From: Bellilinea caldifistulae
Lineage (GTDB): Bacteria > Chloroflexota > Anaerolineae > Anaerolineales > Anaerolineaceae
Assembly (NCBI RefSeq): GCF_001306055.1
Contig: NZ_LGHJ01000021.1
Coordinates: 1 to 32,000, forward strand
DNA: 32,000 nucleotides
Direction: 5' to 3'
This document shows positions 10,274-17,313 of this stretch, piece after piece; position 1 is the stretch's first letter; every line of letters starts with the position of its first letter. Both the position numbers and the translations under genes were made by a program. The notes below the pieces were generated by a model. The model was not told where the DNA came from. It saw nothing but the letters and a program-made list of their open reading frames with translations, and ran no database searches.

Positions 10274-11449
10274 ATGTCCATAACCATCCTTGTAGTTGAT
10301 GATGAAGCCAATCTCAGAAAAAACATCTCAGATTACTTAACCCCGCTGGGTTATGAAGTAATTGGTGTGCCGACTCTCAGTGATGCTCGTACATGCCTGC
10401 AGCGTGGCAACGGGGATGTGGTTCTTCTGGATGTCTCACTGCCTGACGGCTACGGGCCGAGTTTGTTGTATGAAATGCAAAATATGCCTTATCGGCCACC
10501 GATGATCATCATCACTGCTCATGGCGATATAGAAATGGCAGTGGACGCCATGAAGAATGGCGCCCATGACTTTTTGACCAAACCGATTCAATTGACCCAA
10601 TTGGAAAATTCTATTTTGAGAGCTTGCGAAATCGTGCAAATGCGGAGGGAACTGGCTCATTTACGGCAAAGCCAGAAACAAAGTATTTCCTTTGTAGTGG
10701 GTAAAACCCATTCCATGGAATCGTTGCTCAGTCAGGCGCAGAAAGCCGCGCAGGCTCAGGTCTCAGTATTGATTACTGGCGAAACCGGCTCAGGGAAAGA
10801 AGTGCTTGCCCGGTTCATCCACAGCACAGGGCCGCGTTCGAACAAGCCGTTTATTGCGATTAATTGCGCAGCAATTCAACCCACCGTACTTGAATCGGAA
10901 TTGTTCGGCTACGAGGCAGGTGCATTTACCAGCGCGGAACGGCGTAAAAACGGTTTAATGGAAGTAGCCGATGGCGGCATCCTGTTTCTGGATGAGATTT
11001 CCTCTATGCCGTTGGATATTCAGGCCAAGTTGCTGAGAGCGATTGAGGAACATGCGTTTCGGCGGGTAGGCGGAACGAACTTAATTCAAGTGGATGTTCA
11101 AGTGCTGGCAGCTTCCAATCGCAACTTGAAAGAGATGATACAAGAAGGCAGTTTCCGGCAGGATTTATATTACCGCCTGAAGGTGGTGGACTTGCACCTG
11201 CCGCCCCTCCGCGAAAGAAAGATGGATATTCCTGAACTGGTGGGCTTCTTCATCCGGCAATACAAAGCCAAACTGGGGGTAAATGTGGACGATATTACTC
11301 CACGGGCAATGCAGGCTCTGATGGAGTATGATTGGCCGGGAAATATTCGCGAATTAAGCCATGCCATTGAGCGTGCCATGCTCTTTTGTGAGGGTCGGGC
11401 AATTGATTTACCGGACTTACCGGCGGATATAGCCCATCTGAACGGTTAG
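10274..11449 (+). CDS. sigma54-dependent response regulator (REC + AAA+), lacking a C-terminal HTH
   Basis: REC domain (VVLLDVSLPDG, LTKP). Walker A GETGSGKE, Walker B ILFLDEI. GAFTSA loop at nt 10919-10936. Arginine-finger region FRQDLYYRL. The protein ends about 25 aa after NIREL, leaving no room for a Fis-type HTH. Confidence 0.9.
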   Translation: MSITILVVDDEANLRKNISDYLTPLGYEVIGVPTLSDARTCLQRGNGDVVLLDVSLPDGYGPSLLYEMQNMPYRPPMIIITAHGDIEMAVDAMKNGAHDFLTKPIQLTQLENSILRACEIVQMRRELAHLRQSQKQSISFVVGKTHSMESLLSQAQKAAQAQVSVLITGETGSGKEVLARFIHSTGPRSNKPFIAINCAAIQPTVLESELFGYEAGAFTSAERRKNGLMEVADGGILFLDEISSMPLDIQAKLLRAIEEHAFRRVGGTNLIQVDVQVLAASNRNLKEMIQEGSFRQDLYYRLKVVDLHLPPLRERKMDIPELVGFFIRQYKAKLGVNVDDITPRAMQALMEYDWPGNIRELSHAIERAMLFCEGRAIDLPDLPADIAHLNG

Positions 11450-11460
11450 GAAGCAGTTTC

Positions 11461-11476
11461 TGGCACATTTCTTGCA
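11461..11476 (+). promoter_or_regulatory. consensus sigma54 (-24/-12) promoter
   Basis: TGGCAC (11461-11466), ATTTC, TTGCA (11472-11476), an exact match to TGGCAC-N5-TTGCW. It starts 11 nt after the activator stop (11447-11449) and lies 38 nt before the ATG at 11514. Predicted TSS is near 11486-11488. Confidence 0.8.
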
Positions 11477-11513
11477 TCATATCCTTCCAGCAGAGATCTA
11501 TGGGAGGAAGGGT

Positions 11514-11843
11514 ATGATGATTTTCGAAATGACCAGAAACGACTTTTTGCTGACCACGGCTGGGGTGGCCTTATGCTTGGGTGTCATCATGTGGTTGATT
11601 GGCGTGATTGTGCTGGTCAGCCGGGTGCTGGGTGGAGAAATCAAGCGAATCGCAGAACAAACCGCCCGACTGGCTCAAAAGGGGATTGCTGAAGAAGTTG
11701 CCGGTCTGATTGGGAATGCTTCCGGACTGATCGAATCCCTCAATCAACTGGTGCGGACGGCAGCTGGCATAGGTGTATTTTTGATCATTGCCGGCATGTT
11801 GATGATAGCAGCAGCCTTTGGGCTTGCCTTTCAAATCCAGTAA
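11514..11843 (+). CDS. small 2-TM membrane protein (hypothetical), first gene of the sigma54-driven operon
   Basis: 109 aa from the ATG at 11514, preceded by GGGAGGAAGG (11502-11511). N-terminal TM (VALCLGVIMWLIGVIVLV), a central amphipathic helix region, and a C-terminal TM (GIGVFLIIAGMLMIAAAFGLAF). Confidence 0.6.
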   Translation: MMIFEMTRNDFLLTTAGVALCLGVIMWLIGVIVLVSRVLGGEIKRIAEQTARLAQKGIAEEVAGLIGNASGLIESLNQLVRTAAGIGVFLIIAGMLMIAAAFGLAFQIQ

Positions 11844-11886
11844 TTTGTTTTCCCTGCATTGCCCAAATTAAAAACAAGGAGTCCCT

Positions 11887-14800
11887 ATGCCATCCGCAGA
11901 CCTCCTGGAAGTATTGAAAACAAGTTTGGCGGTGGAAGATGTGCCGGTTGTGTTTTCAGCGTTGAAGAGAGACGCTCTCGTCTGGGACGCAGTCCAGATC
12001 AGCTCGAACATTGAAGGGTTGAGCAGCGGACAAACGGTCAAAGAAGACTGGCAGCCAGCCAATCTGGTTTTGAGGATCTTGAACAGCCGCATGGATATCG
12101 CTGCTTTACAAGGTGACCATTTCCCCTCGGTTGAGCCTTCCATACGAAAAAAGGCGCTGGAATCTTTTGAAAATTTGCTGCGCACCGCTTCAAAACCGCA
12201 AAATTTGCGAGAGGCTGGTTTGATTGCGCTGGCATTACGCGAGCGTCGGCGTAAGACTCAAACCTGGCTTGGATTGATGGATGAACTCAAATCCATTCAT
12301 TTGAAGAATAAAATTTTCCTCCTCGAATTATGGAAAACACCGCTTGTGTGTTTGTTCGGCCTGATTCCGGACCGGGAAGATTATTTGAAAGCACTTTTAA
12401 GCCAAGAGGATTTCGTTCTTTCAAAAGAGTGGATCACTCATATCTTGTTAGGCAACCCATTAGGTGAAGATGAAACAAAACGCCTGTTCATGCTGGTTTT
12501 GGCGGAAATCTCTCTTGCTTCTCAGGTTGAATGGCTGGTTTATCTTAAAGGTTGCGATGAACCTCAACTGGCCGGATGGCTGGCAAACCAAATATTACGC
12601 GAAGGTCGTCTGAAAACTGGCGGTTTGTCCGGCGTGGATTGGGATGCCTTGCGTCAAAAATCGTGGGCTGAATTGGCCGGTGAAGCCCTGGATCTGCAAT
12701 GGACGGCAACTCTGCATCAGATAGCAGGACATCCGGCTCAATCAGAATTGTTTTTGAGCCGTTCCAGAAATTTATTACAGCACTGGCTGGGTGGTACAAC
12801 CCTGCAATTGATTTCGGTGGTGAAGAATGATTCCAGAGCAACCGAAACATTATGGGACGAGATTGAGCCTTTGCTCAGCACTCAACCCTTACCCGAAACA
12901 TTGATGGAGGAAGCTGTTTGGGTTAAACCACCTGTTTCTCTCATGCGGCGATTAAGCGAATTTAATCTGCCTGGATTGGTTCAGGTATTTGCAAAAGGAA
13001 GCGAAGCAGCGATTGGAGAGGAACACGAAAGCCGGGAAATTGTCAAAGAAGCCGTTTGGGAATGGTTAAAGCATCAACAGAACGAAGAAAAAATCCTTAG
13101 AGGACAATTTGTCTTTGAATATTCTCCTTTCGAATTATTGGCAATTTTAGAACACCTGAGTTTGTATCAGGAAGCCCTGGAAGTGGCCCAATTGTTCCTC
13201 AAGCGGCGTGTTAGAGATGTTTCTCTGATGACATGGACAGCTCGGCTTGCTCATCGTTTGGGTCAGGATGATATTGCAATCCGATTGATCCGCGAAGCCA
13301 TCTTATTGGAGGAAACCAATCCCCAACATTATCGGACTTACGCCAGAATGCTTGAGGATCGGAATGATTGGGAGTCGGCCTTGAAAATCCGTCAGGATAT
13401 CCTGAATCGTTTCGAAGATTCATCTTTAGAAGATCAGTTGAATCTGGTGACCTGTGCGATTGGAGGAAGGAATTACGATCTCGCGGTTCAAACCTGCCAG
13501 CAAATAATCGAACAGCATGGTGATCAGGGACAGGCTTATACCCTGTTAGGGTTGGCTCAGTTTGGAGAGGGAAAATTGGAAGAAGCCCAAACCAACCTGA
13601 CGAAAGCCACTCTTTTGATACCGGAAGAGCCCAAGCCATGGCTTGAATTAGCCCGATTGTACAAACACAACGGCGAGTCGCAAAGAGCGCTGGAAACCTT
13701 GAGGGCAGCTTTGTTGAATGTACCCGACTCGGCTGAATTACATCTTGCCATGGGAAGAGCATGTTTGGAAAATGGCCTATCGGCTGAAGCTTTACCCTAC
13801 TTAAAGCAGTCTGCCCGTTTAGCACCGGAGTCAGATGAAGTGGCATTGACCTTGATTAAGACCCTTGCTTCCCTTGGTCATGATAAGGAAGCCCTGGAAG
13901 TGGCAGAAAGAGCCCGACTGAAATGGCCGACTCATCCAGAATTGGCCTATGAACATGCGCGCATTTTGTTGCGGGATGGGGAGAGGAGCGAGGGTATTTC
14001 GATATTAGAAGTGGCACTTCAATTCGAAGGTGCGCGATTGGAATGGTTTGTGGAATATGCAAAAGTTCTTTTGAATGGTCTGGAATTGAGGCGGTTCTCC
14101 AGCGTGCCAGATTCGTCTGTTGGGATTTTAATCAAAGCCCAAAAAGCACTTCAGCGGGTTTTGAAGGAAGTACCCCATCATTTTGAAGCGCTCTTACTAA
14201 AATCGGAAATTCACTTGAATTTGCAGGAATGGGATCAGGCTTTGCCGGGATTCCAGCGATTGGTTGAATTTGAGCTGGCTGGTTCACCTGAGTGGCAATG
14301 GAGAATCCAATCCGGGCTTGGGGTTATTGCTTTTCATTCGGGTGAAAACGAAATGGCACTGGCAGCCCTGCAAAATGCCAGTCAGGCTTCCCCTGAAAAT
14401 TTGGATGTCAAGAAGCTGCTGGCAGAAGTGTACTTCCGTCTAAACCTTCTTGAATCATCCAAAGAAGTAGCTCAACAGGTGAGGAAGCTTCAGCCGAACA
14501 GCGTAGAGGGTTTAATTTGGTTTGCAAACTTAATGGAACGCTTGAATGAAATTCAACTCAGCATTGAAGCTTTTCAAACTCTTGTTCAACTGGTTCCTCA
14601 GGAAGTCGAGTATGCTTTGAATCTGGCTCGACTTTGGATGAAGAACGGTAATGATGAGGCAGCCGGTGAGGAATTGAAGCGATTGCTATCCCTGGAATAT
14701 ATCACGTCAGATCAATTGAAAAGGATGGCTGAGATAGCCCTGACAATCGGCGATTTGGAAGCAGCGAAGAAGGCTATTGACAAGGCGATTTTACTATCAC

Positions 14801-17313
14801 AGGAACCGGATTATTCCCTGCATTTCCACCTGGCTTTATTGCACTGGCGCAGTGGTGAGATTGAATCGGCTAATCATTCCCTGCAAACGGCTCTTACAAT
14901 AAATCCTAACGCAGCCGAGGCTTATATTTTCCAGAGCGAGTTGCAAAAATTAATGCAACGTCCCCAAGCAGCCATTGCCTCTTTGGAGAAGGCTTTACGA
15001 ATTTGTGAAAGTCAAGAGGGGAGAGGAGAAGCAATGGTGGATGACAAGGACAGTCAGGTGTGGGGGTACCAACCTGCAACCACCTTTACAGTTCACCGTC
15101 TGTTTGTTCCGGTATGCCTGGAAGCCGGTGAGTTAAATCTGGCTCTTTATCACGCCGAGAGCGCTTTGCAACTGTGTCCATCCTCACTGGAAATGGCTTA
15201 TCAGGTAGCCGATCTTGCCTACCGGCTGCTTCTTCCTGAACGGTTTAGCAAAATTACCACCGTGGTTGAGCAGAATCTTCCAATCGGTTGTTTTACCAGT
15301 TTCACCAGCGAGGAAGAAGCAGATTGGCTGGCTGGACTGCACGCTTTTCAGGCAGAAAGTCAAATTGAAAACGGAGATTTAATCGAAGCTGAGAAAATTA
15401 TTCAACGCGGATTGGCGCATAAACCGGATCATCTTCATCTCAGGACTGTTCGCATCCGATTAAATGCCAAACTGGGTAATTTTCCGGAAGCGCTTTCCGA
15501 GTTTCGCCAGGTATTTTTGAAGGTCCAGGAAGAAAAAAGTGCCGCGAACCACGAAAGGGGGTCTGCAGTCTTACGGACGCTGAGCGAAGCCGCCTTTGAT
15601 TTGATGGAGTGGCAGAATGGTATTCAGCTGGCAGAAAGAGTTTTGCAGGAGCACGAAAACGAACCGGCTGCCTATCTTTGTTATGCAAAGGGATTGATTC
15701 GGGCGCTGGAGTGGCAGCGGTTGAGTCAAATTCTGGGAATTGAAAACCACGCACTGAAGCCGGCTACCTCACTGACTATTCAGCGGCAAGCGAAGGAAAT
15801 GTTGGAAAAAGCAAGCCAGATGAGCCGCTCGCGCCTGTTGGATCATTGGGTGGCACGGGCAGAGGCATTGCTCCAGCCGGATTATCAACGTATTCAGGAT
15901 TTGAGCGCATTTGCTACCATAGACGAAGATTTTGCGTGGCTGGTTGAGATGCATCTGCGCACTAATAACCCGAGCGGTGCAATGCAAATGGCTGAAATCT
16001 GGCGACAGCACCCCTTTGTCCAAATGCTTTCAGCACTGCTTTGGGAGGATGAGGATGCCCCAAGAGCCCTTGATTACGCTCGTCATGCAGTTGAGCAGGC
16101 ACCTTTCCATCCGGTCTATCAAGCGGTACTGGCCCGAATGGCTGAAAAGAATCAGGATTATGCTCAGGCATTAGAAGCCATTGAGGTTGCGCTGGGGATT
16201 TGGGAGAACGAAATCATCTGGCAGATCAAGGCGGCGGATCTGGCTGAACGATGTGGTGAGATGGCATCTTGCCGTCATCATCTTGAAAAAGCCCTGCAAC
16301 TTAATCCAAATGATTACGATTTGCTCGTCCGGCTCGTGCAGCATTATTTGATGACCGGTTATTCTGATCACGCTGTGCAATTGCTGCAAAGTGTTGTCCA
16401 TTTATATGGCGAGCGCAGCGAAATCTGGCTGCTGATGGCTCTGGCATTACAGGGGTGTAATGACGATAAGGCTGCTTTGAGAGCTGCCGAAAAAGCCGTG
16501 GAATTGGACCACACCAATGGAAAGGCATGGATCACCGCTGGTAAAATTGCTCTACGAATGGGTGATGAAAACAAGGTGCTGTATTTTGCACGGCAGGCAG
16601 AAAAGGTTGCACCTGCGGATGCGGGCACCCGCTTGTTAGTGGTGAAAATCCTGATCCGTCAGGGGGAGTTGCGCGAGGCTCTAACCGAATTGAATCGGGC
16701 GATTGAAGAAATTCCCGGGCAATGGGAACTGGAGTTTGAGCGGGCAAGATTGGTTGGAGAATTACAAGGCGTGGCGGCAGCACAGGAATTGCTTCAGAGA
16801 TTGGTGGTGAATTACCCGCAAAATGAGCAGATTTTGTGGTTGTTTGCTCAAACCTGCATGAAAACCGGCAAAGTCAAACTGGCAGAGCAGAGCGGCTTGC
16901 AGGCATTGAAACTGAACCCGCAAAATGTGGAAATCCACCGGCTTTTGGCGGAAGTATTCAAAGATCAAGGGCAACTGGATCGAGCGGTGTTCCATCTTAG
17001 CGAAGCCATCCGGCTGCAACCAGCTCAGTTGGAAACCTATCTGAAACTGGGAGAAGTGTACACCACCCGTCGGGAATTCAGTAAAGCATTGGGGGTTTAC
17101 CAGCAGGCTATTCAAGTCAACCCAGAGGATTATCGCCCTTATTATTACTCGGCACTGGTTTTGCGGGATGGTAAAGATTATCCCGCGGCGGAGGTTATGC
17201 TAAGAAGGGCGGCTGAGTTAGCACCAGAGGATGTCAACATTCGCCGTCAGCTTGGTGCAATCATTGCACTGAATCTGGTTCATCACGGACAGGAGGCGAA
17301 AACATGCCTGTAA
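11887..17313 (+). CDS. giant tetratricopeptide-repeat (TPR) protein, 1808 aa
   Basis: Uninterrupted 5.4-kb ORF with RBS AAGGAG (11876-11881). Recurrent 34-aa TPR-like units run from about aa 450 to the C-terminus (e.g. AYTLLGLAQFGEGKLEEAQTNLTKATLLIPEEPKPW, YLKLGEVYTTRREFSKALGVYQQAIQVNPEDYRPY). No signal peptide. Confidence 0.85.
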   Translation: MPSADLLEVLKTSLAVEDVPVVFSALKRDALVWDAVQISSNIEGLSSGQTVKEDWQPANLVLRILNSRMDIAALQGDHFPSVEPSIRKKALESFENLLRTASKPQNLREAGLIALALRERRRKTQTWLGLMDELKSIHLKNKIFLLELWKTPLVCLFGLIPDREDYLKALLSQEDFVLSKEWITHILLGNPLGEDETKRLFMLVLAEISLASQVEWLVYLKGCDEPQLAGWLANQILREGRLKTGGLSGVDWDALRQKSWAELAGEALDLQWTATLHQIAGHPAQSELFLSRSRNLLQHWLGGTTLQLISVVKNDSRATETLWDEIEPLLSTQPLPETLMEEAVWVKPPVSLMRRLSEFNLPGLVQVFAKGSEAAIGEEHESREIVKEAVWEWLKHQQNEEKILRGQFVFEYSPFELLAILEHLSLYQEALEVAQLFLKRRVRDVSLMTWTARLAHRLGQDDIAIRLIREAILLEETNPQHYRTYARMLEDRNDWESALKIRQDILNRFEDSSLEDQLNLVTCAIGGRNYDLAVQTCQQIIEQHGDQGQAYTLLGLAQFGEGKLEEAQTNLTKATLLIPEEPKPWLELARLYKHNGESQRALETLRAALLNVPDSAELHLAMGRACLENGLSAEALPYLKQSARLAPESDEVALTLIKTLASLGHDKEALEVAERARLKWPTHPELAYEHARILLRDGERSEGISILEVALQFEGARLEWFVEYAKVLLNGLELRRFSSVPDSSVGILIKAQKALQRVLKEVPHHFEALLLKSEIHLNLQEWDQALPGFQRLVEFELAGSPEWQWRIQSGLGVIAFHSGENEMALAALQNASQASPENLDVKKLLAEVYFRLNLLESSKEVAQQVRKLQPNSVEGLIWFANLMERLNEIQLSIEAFQTLVQLVPQEVEYALNLARLWMKNGNDEAAGEELKRLLSLEYITSDQLKRMAEIALTIGDLEAAKKAIDKAILLSQEPDYSLHFHLALLHWRSGEIESANHSLQTALTINPNAAEAYIFQSELQKLMQRPQAAIASLEKALRICESQEGRGEAMVDDKDSQVWGYQPATTFTVHRLFVPVCLEAGELNLALYHAESALQLCPSSLEMAYQVADLAYRLLLPERFSKITTVVEQNLPIGCFTSFTSEEEADWLAGLHAFQAESQIENGDLIEAEKIIQRGLAHKPDHLHLRTVRIRLNAKLGNFPEALSEFRQVFLKVQEEKSAANHERGSAVLRTLSEAAFDLMEWQNGIQLAERVLQEHENEPAAYLCYAKGLIRALEWQRLSQILGIENHALKPATSLTIQRQAKEMLEKASQMSRSRLLDHWVARAEALLQPDYQRIQDLSAFATIDEDFAWLVEMHLRTNNPSGAMQMAEIWRQHPFVQMLSALLWEDEDAPRALDYARHAVEQAPFHPVYQAVLARMAEKNQDYAQALEAIEVALGIWENEIIWQIKAADLAERCGEMASCRHHLEKALQLNPNDYDLLVRLVQHYLMTGYSDHAVQLLQSVVHLYGERSEIWLLMALALQGCNDDKAALRAAEKAVELDHTNGKAWITAGKIALRMGDENKVLYFARQAEKVAPADAGTRLLVVKILIRQGELREALTELNRAIEEIPGQWELEFERARLVGELQGVAAAQELLQRLVVNYPQNEQILWLFAQTCMKTGKVKLAEQSGLQALKLNPQNVEIHRLLAEVFKDQGQLDRAVFHLSEAIRLQPAQLETYLKLGEVYTTRREFSKALGVYQQAIQVNPEDYRPYYYSALVLRDGKDYPAAEVMLRRAAELAPEDVNIRRQLGAIIALNLVHHGQEAKTCL

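Noticed and set aside
11472-11513. TTG start giving a 123-aa version of the small membrane protein
   Set aside because: The TTG is the -12 element of the sigma54 promoter itself, so it would lie upstream of the predicted TSS. The ATG at 11514 has a strong SD.
13211-13846. 211-aa antisense ORF inside the TPR giant
   Set aside because: A shadow ORF opposite a long, well-supported CDS. It has low-complexity P/R/S-rich composition, no RBS and no motif.
15851-15866. TGGCAC hexamers inside coding sequence (also at 22719-22734)
   Set aside because: No TTGC follows at the -12 position (the sequence reads GAGGC and TGATT respectively). Both are intragenic, so they are not sigma54 promoters.
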